The notes beneath the pieces were generated by a model. That model was given only the letters and a program-made list of their open reading frames with translations. It had not been told where the DNA came from and did not search any database. From assembly GCF_009914755.1 (NCBI RefSeq), contig NC_060940.1: a DNA stretch of 64,000 bases. The stretch is one strand, 5' to 3'. Both the position numbers and the translations under genes were made by a program. This document shows positions 10,926 to 23,028 of this stretch, piece after piece (the stretch's first letter is position 1; each line of letters starts with the position of its first letter). The DNA is from the human T2T-CHM13v2.0 reference genome, Homo sapiens.

Positions 10926-12106
10926 TGTAATATATAGAAATGAAGTTTGGTGCATATTATGTGCTTAATATATTTTACAATCTTTCTTCCCACTTCTAAG
11001 GGGAATTCGAGTTAGCCACCCAGAATGATGTCTGTGGCCCAGCTACAATGACTACAGCTTATTTTTGTTCCCCCTGGCCCACAACTGTGGTTCACTCAAT
11101 GGGCAGCCTTTAAACACTAGGCACATAAAAAAAGAAAAGAAATACCACAAACAGGCTGACGGCGCTTGGCATCTCTCTCTTCAAATGGATGTGGTTGAAA
11201 GCTGATGAGATGTTAGAAATTCCTCTAGATCATGGCTGGGTTGTGTGGAAAGAACAAAAGGAATATTGATGTATCCCAAGGTGTTATCCTAACAGGATGG
11301 ACCGTCATGACATTCACAAATTCTGAACTGGGTTCACAGCTTATGTTCTGACCTTCCTACCCCACTGGAATAAAATCAGCTTCCTTTTTGCTCCTGCCTC
11401 TAAGACTGTTCTTAAGTTTTGAGGAGGCTCATCACCTTCTGAGACCCAAACAGAAACGGAACAACACAGTTGTGTTTTTGTTTCAACTACTCTATCTTGC
11501 TCTGGGAGACTGGTTTAATAATTTATAACTTTCTTTCTTTCTGGCTGAGTCCTGTTCACCAGTACAAAGTCATTCTTTGATTCATGAATTTTTTTTTTGG
11601 CTCAAACATATTCAGTATCTAAACCCTGCCTGTTAGTATGAGCACAGCTTCAGTCAAAGGAAGAAAGAAAAAATCTCCAGAGGAAGATTCCCAGGAACCT
11701 GCTTTGTCTTTCCCATCTCAAAGCTAGATATCATCAACATGCTTACTCAGTCCAACAAAATGCTTCAAAGTGGGTTCAGAGTTCTAGTTAAACACAAAAG
11801 GTTCTGATTGTCTCGGATTGAAGTTCTTTAAAAGCATAAAAAGAGATGCAATGCTTCAAAGGAACTAGAAACTACGAACATTTTTAAATTTACTTTTTCC
11901 TCCATCTTTTCCAGACAGGATTCCCAATAGCTTCCAACAGGACATGCAACACCACAAGGTAGTAGAAATGAAAAGGTAGAGCGAAAGTTACTAGGAAAAC
12001 AAGACAGAGGGTGTGCAATAGAACTTGCTATGAGGTTAAAAAGCAGTTTGTCATGACTTGTATTCCAGAAACTGGTGCAGCAAATATTTGGCTTTCAGCT
12101 TCCTGA

Positions 12107-12598
<492 letters not shown>

Positions 12599-13974
12599 TA
12601 AATTTTTTTAAATGTTTTACATTTTTTTAAAATAATGATTGTCAATACAGCCTGAAGTTATCCTACCAAGGCACAATTTTGGAAAAGGCAATTTTGCAAG
12701 AATCTATATAATGTCATCTAGTGACTTGGCTTTGTCCAGAGATACATTTTGAAATTTCCAAAATCGTCAATGATATGTTTTAAGTAACAGCCTGTTGTTG
12801 GAGTTTTTCTTAATTGGTGTTCTGATAAATATTGAGTTGGATTTAAGAGTTTATTCAATGAAATTTCAAAAAACAGTGTAGCTTCTTTGGTTACTGTTGA
12901 AATCACACTTCTATGATTTAACAAATCAGTGTCCTGGGTGGGTGAGTAGCAGATGATAGCATCTTTGTCTAGGTAGAGGGGTGCACAGAGACCTAACAAA
13001 AATACATTCCTGAATATAAGACCACCCTTCTTCTTTCTGTGTTAAACCCAGTGATTACCTAGGGAATAGGGCAGGATTATATTCACCTCAGAGCTGAGAA
13101 ATGAGTGATCGGGTCCCCAAATTCTACTCTGTATACAAAGAATACAATAGTGGTGACCGGAGTCATCATTAAGGCAGATGCTACCTAGACACTAGATTCA
13201 GTCAGAATAGAGTTTAAAGCCTTCAAAAAGCAGCTCTCTCTGATAAGCTCTTAGCAAAAGATTCAATCAATATAACAATCTGGTTACCAGTTTGTTAAAT
13301 GTTATTGATATCTTTGAGAAAAGACACAGTTGGATACAAAGATAAATTGAAATTATAAAAAGAATCACCCAAAGAAAAATTTTAAACTGCTGAATAGAGA
13401 AGATACAGGACTCTGTATGAAGGTTTGTCTTTTCTTTGAGTTAGTGGGTGAGCTCACTGCTGAAGAGGGAAGGGATGATATGATACTGGGGCTTGGATGG
13501 TGTAGAGATAATATAAAGGTGAAATATATTTCCTAAAGAAATGAAATAGAATTGAATTGTAGTGGTTATTCTCTGCAAGATTTTGTGATGTTCATAATCA
13601 GAAAAACTGAATACTCAGTGTGACCCAAGTTCAAGGACTTGTTAGGATGTATGGTGATGCCAAAGGTATGATAAACATACGAGGCCAGAAAGGATAGTTT
13701 GGTAATGTCTCAGCAAGCCATGACATTAGAAAGGGAGGCACATAATGATAGAGGAGATAAAAAGGGTTAGGACAATGGTGAGAGATCTAGCTACTGAATA
13801 TCCAGTGACAATGAATGCAGTGGTTGGAAAGAGGTTTTAGAGAAAATAGTTGTAGGTAGAGATTGAGAAGCTAAAGCTTAAGCTTGAGAAATTCAAATGA
13901 GTTAATGATGAAAAATTACTGTAAATTAAAACTATTCTATACTGCAATTTATTGCTCATTTGATGACATGCAGA

Positions 13975-14335
13975 ATGAAGAAAATGATGATGATGGTAGT
14001 GATAATGATGATAATGGTGGTGATAGTGATGATGGTAGCAGAGGTAACAATGGTGATAGTGGTGGCGATGATGATGATGATGGTGGTGGTGATGGTGGTG
14101 GTGATGGTGGTGGTGATGGTGGTGGTGATGGTGGTGGTGATGATGGTGATGGTGATGGTGATGGTGATAATGATGGTGAAGATGGTTATGATGGTGGTGG
14201 TGATGATGATGGTGATGATAGTGATGGTGGTAGTGATGATGATGATGATGATGGTGATGATGGGGGTGATGGTGATAATAGTGGTGGTGGTCGTGGTGAA
14301 AATGGTCGTGAAGATGGGAGTAGTGGTTGTGATGT
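13975..14335. repeat. Compound (GAT/GGT)n trinucleotide low-complexity tract
   Basis: About 360 bp of in-phase GAT/GGT/AGT triplets, including tandem GGTGGTGGTGAT units. Confidence 0.95.
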
Positions 14336-14469
14336 TTCTGGTATGATTATGCTCTTCCTAGTGACAAGGAAGAAGATGTTTCCTCATCTGTTTCCTTGCT
14401 CCCATGTTTTTACATGTTTTCTCCTCCTCCTGAACTGTTATTGCTTATCCTTGACTTATTGTATGTCTG

Positions 14470-15035
14470 GAGAATGTATTTCCACCCATCTTCTTCTCTC
14501 CATTCTCAGTGTCACTTCCTAGCCTAATGCACCATAATTTCTCACCTGAACTGCTGCAACAACTTCCAAACTGATCTCTCTTCTTCCAATCTCGACTTTT
14601 CTTTCAACCTCAACCACCAACCTAAGTCCATTCTCTGCATGGTAGACAAATGATCTTTCAAAAGTATAGATTATATCTTGTTACTATCTGGCCTAAAATC
14701 CATGATCTAAGAAAAGCAACAAACAAAAAAACAAAAGCATAAAAACAAACTTTTTAGCGTAGCCTACGAAACTCTCCATGATGTGGCCCCTGCCCAGCTC
14801 TGAGACCTCATTTTATGCCACTCTGCCTTTTGACCACAGAGCTCCAGCCACACTGTTACCTCTTCAGATCTCTGAAAAACCTATGCTTTTGTTAGCCAGG
14901 GGACCTTTCAAAATAGCAAGTTTGACTTTTCTTTTCACTGCTGTAACCCCAGAGCCTGGCAGACCACATGGCCACTACTGGTACCAGAGCCTGGTAGACC
15001 ATATGATCACTATATACGTGTGTTGAAGAAATAAA
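14470..15035 (+). mobile_element. L2 3' region
   Basis: ACCATAATTTCTCACCTGAACTGCTGCAACAACTTCCAAACTGATCTC...TGTTGAAGAAATAAA. Confidence 0.7.
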
Positions 15036-15919
15036 AAAGAGACAAAATGAATACTTCTCTTTTTTTTATACCACCAGTATGTTTCACAGGCATCTCTATC
15101 TATGACTTTCTGACAGTAGATTATAATTTCATGTTTCATATTTTTTTTTCTGCTAGAATATATGAGCTTCTTCAGGGCTGGGATCAAACCTGATTTAAGT
15201 CCACTTCCACAGAACTGAGCAAATGTCAAATAGTATATATTCTATAAATACAGTAAAAATTAAGAAATGCTACTGTAGGTGTGGGATCACCAACTGTGAG
15301 ATCAGGGTGTCACATGAAGAATCAGGTATGTCATTATTAAAGATGATAGCAAGCAACAAGCAGCTTGAAGCAGAAGCAATGTAATAATGAAAATGAACTT
15401 TTATCATTGGGTGGATGGATCCACTTCTTTTTACTCCCAGATGGCCCACTGTATCCTTCGTCTTATCTGAAAATATCTTGTGTATACGCCAGTTTGTTTG
15501 AAACTTTTCTTTCCATGTTTTCTCTCTGAAGTCAAGGGACAGGAGAGAAATGACATTTTCTTTGCCAAGATCAATTTGAAGTCCTCAGCAGGAGCTCACA
15601 TTAATCACCTTCTTAGAGGCTTTCTTTTTCTGCTGCTCAGAAAGACTATTGTTAAAGGCAAAGGGGCCAGGAACTTCATTGATTCTTTCCCCACTCTATA
15701 TGAATAGGTCCTCTTTATCTATCTAAAGAGGTATATTGTCAAATATTTCTGTATTCTACCTCTAGTACTTTGAACTGCATGCGGCTCTCTTGACCTAGGA
15801 CAACAAAGGTATGCAAATCTTGTCTTCTCAGAGCTCAGGGAATAGAAAAAGTCAAGAGTACATGTTCATTCCCCCATATGGGCCAATTAGCTTTTCTGTA
15901 TTCAGTGAACCAAAGCAGC

Positions 15920-16250
15920 CCCCATGACTGAGCATCTACTATGAGAAAAGCCTTGTGATAATTGCAGAGAAGGAGGAGATAAATGGTGTGGTCTTTTCCC
16001 TGGAGGATGTAACAATATATTGAGGAGACAGAGAGATGAATAAACCATCATAGTAAAGTGTTAAAGTCTCTAATAGAAGATGTACAAGGGAATTTGAAAT
16101 GATAAAAGACAGAGATTAGTGGTGCTGGAGAAGGTTTCCCAAGGAGAATGCCACTTGTGTCAGGTCAAGAAGGATGAGAGGGGGTTTTCCAAATAACTAG
16201 AATAGGAAGAATCTGCCAAAAAAAGGAACATATTCTATGCTGTAAGTGTG
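15920..16250 (-). mobile_element. L2 3' region
   Basis: ACTGAGCATCTACTATG...GGAGAAGGTTTCCCAAGGAGAATG. Confidence 0.6.
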
Positions 16251-16819
16251 GAAAAGGACTGACCATCAAGAACTCATCTTTTCCTTGGATAAGATCAGTT
16301 ACATTGATGTTGTTCACAGACCCCTGGGGCAGCCAGGAAAGCTGATAGGGGAGGGAAAGGACACTAAATGTAATTCTTGCCCCTCAACCAACCTGCTGAG
16401 GTCCTGCCCTTTAGGGATTGATATGGTACCAGCACCAAAGGGTGATAGCAGGAGTAAAATTTTATTGTTCAAAACTGATGTACCACCTTCTACCACACTT
16501 ATCTCTTCTATCCACATTTATCTACCCCAATTATTTACCACTGGCTACTGCAGAGAAAAGAAGTGGGAACAGTGACCAAATTTGAAGCAAATGATCTCTT
16601 TTGCTGAAAGCCAGCCTGTAGTATCCTACTTATTGCTCTGCTACACCCTCAACCCTATTCCTAATTCAGTAAAAGAATGTTAAGCCACAGAGAAGCTAGA
16701 TAAATTATCTCTTATCTCTAAAATTGCACACCAAAAAACATGGGCGGTGGGGAAGATTTTGGCATTTGAAGGTATGTGTGATATCAGCCTATTATTTAGA
16801 TTTTTAAAGGCTACTACCG

Positions 16820-17460
16820 GAATAATTTCAAACACGTGGTTTAGCTACACAATCTGATTGCCACTAATCCAAATTAAGATGTGGCATGTGCAGTGGTTCA
16901 CACTTGTAATACCAGCACTTTGAGATGCAAAAGTGGATGAATCACGGGAGCCCAAGAGTTTGAGATCAGCCTGGATGACACAGCAAAACCCTATCTCTAC
17001 AACAGATACAAAAATTAGCCTGACATGGTGGCATGTGCCTGTAGTCCCAGCTACTGAGGAGGATGAGGTGGGAGGATCATTTGAGCGAGAGAGGTCAAGG
17101 CTGCAGGGATCCATGATCACACCATTTCACTCCAGCCTGGGCAACAGAGCAAGACCCTGTCTCAAACCCTGCCCCTACTCAAAAACAAAACAAAACAAAA
17201 CAAAAAAAACCAACAATAACCAAATTAAGATGTGCTGTTAGTGAAAAATACGCAATAAATTTTGAAGATTTGCTACAGAAAATACATAATATCTCAATTT
17301 TCATATTGATTTCATGTTGGAATGATAAGATTTGAGCTGTATAGTGTTAAAATATTATTAACGTTATTTTTCCTTGTGTCTTTTAACTTTCTTAAATGTG
17401 CCTGTTAGAAAATCTAAAATTGCGTGTGGAGCTTGTATTATATTTCTACCAGAGAGCATT
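16820..17460. mobile_element. MER33-like hAT-Charlie DNA transposon, split by AluJ
   Basis: CCAAATTAAGATGTGCTGTTAGTGAAAAATAC...AAATGTGCCTGTTAGAAAATCTAAAATTGCGTGTGG. Confidence 0.7.
16884..17220 (+). mobile_element. AluJ
   Basis: Diverged dimer, (AAAAC)n tail, TSD CCAAATTAAGATGTG on both sides. Confidence 0.9.
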
Positions 17461-17644
17461 ATCTGTGAGATTAAAGATATGTTGCTTTAGGTTGCTAAAT
17501 TTGTGCTAATTTGTTACAGCAGCAATAAAAACTGATGTGATGTTGATAAACCTCCATCAAAATATGGGGTCTGTGATCCAGTCACTTAAACACAAGAAAA
17601 GTTTTGTGACTGCCTAGACCAACAGAACAACACTGCATGCCCTG

Positions 17645-17818
17645 CTGCCTCTGTCCAAGAGCCTTGGAACACAGCCATCTTGTGAGGAAGCCTCCAGCCA
17701 ATATCCAGTATCAACCACCACATATGTGAGTAAATGAGCTGACACGTGTTTTCAGGCCCTGGCCTTACAGTCTTCCAGGTGAGGACATAGATAAAATGAT
17801 GCGAAGACAAACCATCCC
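17645..17818 (+). repeat. Left arm of 174-bp inverted repeat (old MLT1-derived)
   Basis: Reverse complement of 18029-18202 with 11 mismatches and no gaps (counted by hand). Confidence 0.95.
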
Positions 17819-18028
17819 CACCATGCCATCTGAATTTCTCCATCTTGTTACCTTCCATATCAGCGTATGAAAGGTGGCTTGTTTAATGTCCTAGGATAAT
17901 TGGTAAACCATCAGTTTAGCATTTAAAAAGTAATCTAGATTATTTCCTCCACAATTTAAATGTCCAGAAAACTGAAACATTAGCTTTTGATAATTATGGG
18001 TCCTAGATACAAGAAACACTATATATAT

Positions 18029-18202
18029 GGGATGGCTTGTCTTGGCATCATTTTATCTATGTCCTCACTTGAAAGACTCTAAGGCCAGGGCCTGAAATCA
18101 CCTGTCAGCTCATTTACTCACATATGTGGTGGTTGATACTGGATATTGGCTGGAGGCTTCCTCACAAGATGGCCATCTTCCAAGGCTCTTGGAGAGAGGC
18201 AG
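18029..18202 (-). repeat. Right arm of 174-bp inverted repeat (old MLT1-derived)
   Basis: 18103-18173 is the exact reverse complement of 17674-17744 (71 bp). Confidence 0.95.
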
Positions 18203-18583
18203 TTAGTTGCATATATAGGTAAAATGCTCATTCTTGTCATTGGGTTTCCTCTGAGTTCCACTGATTTCCTGGATAAATCAGGTGTATATAAAATCTCACA
18301 TTCTTTTCAAGCTCAATTACCCTGCCCCACCATTTATCTTTTGCATAAACATTTCTCTGCTTCTTAATTCAAACTGTCATTGCCTTAGTTCAGGCTCTCA
18401 GAACCGCTCAGACTATCACATTCACCTATCATTTTATATGGGCTCTCCAAACCCCTAGAAATCAGGTAGTTTCAGGTAGGAGGTGATTTAGAGCACAGGA
18501 GTAAAAGAACGGGGAGAATAAAAGAGGGAAGGAGAGAAAACACTGAGCTTGTCATCACTGCAGACAACAAGGGCTTGATCCTG

Positions 18584-20468
18584 TTTTTTTTTAAGGAGGC
18601 TAAAAATAGGACTCCAATCCCTTCTAGCTTGTAGGATTTCTGCTGAGAAATCTGCTGTTACTCTGATACATTTTCCCTTACAGGTTACCTAATGCTTTTG
18701 CCTCACAGCTCTTAAGATTCTTTCCTTTGTCTTAACTTTAGATAAGCTGATGACTATGTGCCTAGGCAATGATCTTTTTGCAATGAATTTCCCAGGTGTT
18801 CTTTGGGTTTCTTGTATTCGGATATCTAGATCTCTAGCAAGGCCAGGGAAGTTTTTCTCAATTATTCCCTCAGATATGCTTTCCAGACTTTTATATTTCT
18901 CTTCTTCCTCGCGGGAACAGCAATTATTCTTAGGTTTGGATGCCTAACATAGTCCCAAACTTCTTGGAGGCTTTCTTCATTTTTTTTTTGAATTCTTTTT
19001 TTCTCTGTCTTTGATGGATTGAGTTAATTCAAAAGCCTTGTCTTCAAGCTCTGAAGTTTTTTCTTCTGCTTGTTTGATTCTATTGCTGAGACTTTCCAGT
19101 GCATTTTGCATTTCTATAAGGGTGTCCTCGATTTCCAGAAGTTGTGACTGTTTTTTACTTATGCTATCCATTTCACTGAAGAATATTCCTTTCATATCCT
19201 GTGTCATGTTTTTGATTTCTTTAAGTTGGAGTTCACCTTTCTCTGGTATCTCCTTGATTGGCTTAATCATCAACCTTCTCAATTCTTTTTCTGGCAATTT
19301 AGAGATTTTTGTCTTGGTTTGGATCCATTGCTTGTGGGCTGGTGTGATCCTTTGGGGGTGTTAAAGAACCTTGTTCTGTCATATTACCAGAATTGTTTTT
19401 CTGTTTCCTACTCATTTGGGTAGACTATGTCAGAGGAAAGATCTTGTACTCAAAGGCTGCTGTTCAGATTCTTTTGTCCCAAAGGGTGTTCCCTTGATGT
19501 GGTGTTCTCCCCCTTCCACTAGGAATGAGGCTTCCTGAGAGCTGAACTGCAGTGATTGTTTTTGCTCTTCTGGGCCTAGCCACCCAGTGGAGCTACCTGG
19601 CTCTGGGCTGGTACTGGGGAGTGTCTGCAAAGAGTTCTGTGATGTGATCCATCTTCAGGTCTCTCAGCCATGGAAACCAGGACCTGCTCTGGTGGAGGTA
19701 GCAGGGGAGTGAAGTGGACTCTGTGAGGGTCTTTGGTTGTATTTTTGTTCGGTGCACTGGTTTTGTGTTGATCGGACTTTCAAGAGTACATCCGCTGTGG
19801 TACTATTGGTAGGAAGCAAACTCGCCCTAGGGTTACCTGGTTACATATTCAGGTTTCTCAGGTGGTAGGCAGGGCCATAGAACTCCCAAGAAATTATATC
19901 TTTTGTCTTGCGCACCCAGGGTGGGTAGAGAAAGGGTAGGCCCAGAGCTAGGTGTGTCTGAGCTCAGACTCTCCTTGGGCGGGGCTTGCTGCGGCTGCTG
20001 CGGGGGATAGGGGTGTGATTCCCCAGCCAATGGAGTTATGTTTCCAGGAGGATTATGGCTGCCTCTGCTGATTCATAAAGGTGGCCAGGGAAGTGGGGGA
20101 AAGCTGGCAGTCACAGGCCTCACCATGCTCCCATGCAACACACAGTCCTAAAGGCCAGTATCACTCCCACTGTGCCCCCCAACAGTACCAAGTCTATTTC
20201 CAGGCAGCTGGTGGCCAGGGCTGAGAACTTGTTCCAGACCACCAGCCTCCCCACTGAGAAAGCAATCAGACCTTACAGTTTTTTTAGCATCTCAGGGAAA
20301 CTGTGGAAGCTACACAGTTCCTTCAGAGCATCTGTGGATTCTCTCAGCTTTCCTGGTATGTTGCCGTGGTAGTTCCTTGAGCAAAAGTTCACAATGTGAG
20401 TCTCCACAAGCTGCTCCATCTGTCCGAGCAGGAGCTGCAAGCTAGTCCTGCCTCCTATCTGCCATCTT
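18584..20468 (-). mobile_element. L1PB-like 5'UTR plus N-terminal ORF1, 3'-truncated
   Basis: Starts AAGATGGCAGATAGGAGGCAGG on the minus strand; ORF 18977-19297 gives an ORF1p coiled-coil-like peptide (EMQNALESLSNRIKQAEEKTSELEDKAFELTQS). Confidence 0.88.
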
Positions 20469-20479
20469 CAGAACATGTC

Positions 20480-20760
20480 ACAGGTATCAGTTTCCATTGG
20501 AGTTCTTCAACTAGGAAGATGTAAGTTTGAGGCTGCTGATGTCCACTCTTGTACCTCTGGCAGACAGCTTGAATGAAAATTAAAACAACTTGGAAAAAGT
20601 TGTGCCAAAATACATAAGGAGACAGATTCCTGATTCTATCATTGGGACACCTAGATCTAGCCATGCCTGAATCCCAATATTCTTGACTTTTCCATGTGCC
20701 AATATAATTTATGCTTAAACCAACTTGAATTATAATTTGCCAGGTGCCATTTAAAGGGAT
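20480..20760 (+). mobile_element. Old MLT1 (K-like) LTR fragment
   Basis: CCTAGATCTAGCCATGCCTGAA...GCTTAAACCAACTTGAATT. Confidence 0.5.
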
Positions 20761-22349
20761 GTGACAAATACACATCATAATCTTTTCCCTCCTTCCTTTC
20801 CATACTTACCTCTCACCATTCCCCACCATGCATTTCAGTACTTTATTTGTATCAAAATCTTTGCCTGCTTTGAAACACATCAGTCACTTTTAAGCCTCTG
20901 TTCCTATGCATACACATTTTTATTTCGTTATACAATTCTGTCTTTCCTAGAAGAAATAAAACAGAGAGGAAAATTATGTCTTTTTAACTATATAATCCAA
21001 TAGTCTAATATATCACTTATTTAACAATATGATCAATGTATCCTCCAGGCACTGTGCTAGGTGACAGATATCCATGTTGACCAAGACAGACTTTCTCTGC
21101 CCTTGTGGGAAGTATATTCAAGCAAGGAATATACTCACATGTTTCTGACTATTTATTCTTTTATTGTAGAGGTGTTTTCCTCTTGGAAATCAAGAAATGA
21201 AAACATGGATAAATTTCAAAAAACAAGTAACTGAATGGAATTGAGTAAAAAAACTTTAGAATAAGCTGCCGTCATTTTAAATTTATTTTACAGGGAAAAT
21301 TTATTTTATATGTACAAGGAAGTTGGGATATATAGTTTGGACCCTCTGCCACTACCCCCAGACCATGGTCTCTTTACCAGTCTGTGTTATATTTTTATCT
21401 TTCTGCAAAAAGTGGTGAGAAACTACTATGACAAGTCATATCAGCATCCTGTGATCTAAATCACCACTTCTTTTAAGAATAACAAGTTCTTTTGCATGTT
21501 TATTTTATTTATGTTTGACAATCATTGTAGTCAATATCTGAGAATTAGATGAACTATGTAAAAAAAAATCAAATTCCTCTAATGGTTAGAAATAAAATTA
21601 TCCCTTGTTATAGGTAAAATCCTGATGGAATCAGCTATTGATTGTCTGGCATATACCTTGGAACAGTTGATCCAATTGTAGACATTTTCTGTAAGGCTCA
21701 ATGATTCTCTCATGTCAGATGCCTCCCAAATCCTGCACTCTTTAAAACCCAGACACGGAAGCCTGACTGCAAGCTTTTGGCTGAAAGACTAACATGGTAT
21801 TTAAAAAGTAAAAGACTTTGGTCTCCTTTGTCCCACAAAGTTCAAATTTCCCCTACAGCAATAAACACCTTATCTGAGATGTATGCAGTATGGGCTAAAG
21901 TCTTCAACCATGAAATTATATGACTCTACCTTGACCTCTGGTTTTCTCCAGTGAATCTCACTGATAGAATACAAACAGCAGCTCTGGGCTGTTTCTCTGA
22001 TCCATTCCGTGAATTCTGTAAATCTTGAGGAATGCAGACTTCCATACAAAGGTGTTCAGGTAGCAGCGACATCTTTATCTGTCCTCACTTACCCTGGGCA
22101 ATACTGAGCGGGCCCAGGGACTCATGCTACATGATGTATGTATCTGACCGTTTTCCTGTCCATGCCTCCAGCAGGCAAGGAAGAGACTGGGCTCCCTCCG
22201 GATGTGAAAACCAAGGCCTTGTTACAGTGATGAGTAATGCTGATAAAATGCTATGTTGAGGCAGAAAACCAATCCCCCCAATTTGGTCTGACCGCTTACT
22301 GTAATTAGGAATGGTTTTCAGCTAACCTCTGGAATGTGTGATATAATGT

Positions 22350-22515
22350 CACAGTACTCAAAGTGTGGACACTATAGACCAGCAGTATCAGAATCATCTG
22401 GAGTTTGTTACAGATGCAGAATTCCAAGCCTCATCCCGGATCTAATGAATCAGAGGCTTTGTCTGAACCAACTCCCAGGTGCTTCTTTTGCACATGAATG
22501 TTTCAGAAGTACTAC
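22350..22515. mobile_element. MER5A hAT MITE
   Basis: CAGTACTCAAAGTGTGG...AGATGCAGAATTCC...AATCAGA...TTTCAGAAGTACTACTG. Confidence 0.8.
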
Positions 22516-22589
22516 TGTAGTGGAGCTCTGCTATTCCCATCTCAAACCCTCTCATCCTATTCTGATAAAAATACCCTGAATGCATTTTG

Positions 22590-23028
22590 TTTCTTTGGAG
22601 GAGTACCTAATTCTCTTAACCTTCAGACCCATGGGTGAGGAAATCAGTACGTCCCATTCTCTGACCACAGCCATTAGTTCAGGGATGGGCATGGGATTAA
22701 TTGGAGGCAGAGGCTTTCAGGCCCATGACAATTACTTGAACCTTTGTGGGTGAGATGCTATCTTCACTTTTGCACTTGAACTTGGGAGGATGTGAGCTTG
22801 GTTAGCTGCCAAAGGCCATCTTGTAGAGCTTGATGATGAATCTACAATTAGAAATCAGAGGCAAGAAATGGGTAATAATGAACCTTTCTGGTCTTATTTT
22901 TAGCCCCTGGATCATGTACTGCTTGAAACCCTCCTCCATATTGCTAGTACAATGCAATCAATTTGTTTTAAGCTCTAAGCTTTGTGTTAGCTTGTGATGT
23001 TGTTTGACTATAAGTCAGTTTGAGTTGG
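22590..23028 (+). mobile_element. Old MLT1 LTR
   Basis: TTCAGGGATGGGCATG...GGCCATCTTG...AAGTCAGTTTGAGTTGG. Confidence 0.5.

Noticed and set aside
13884-14522. 212-aa Asp/Gly-rich ORF and overlapping Met/Val ORF
   Set aside because: Open only because GAT/GGT triplets lack stops; no domain or exon context.
18977-19297. 106-aa coiled-coil ORF as a host gene
   Set aside because: Broken L1 ORF1 remnant.
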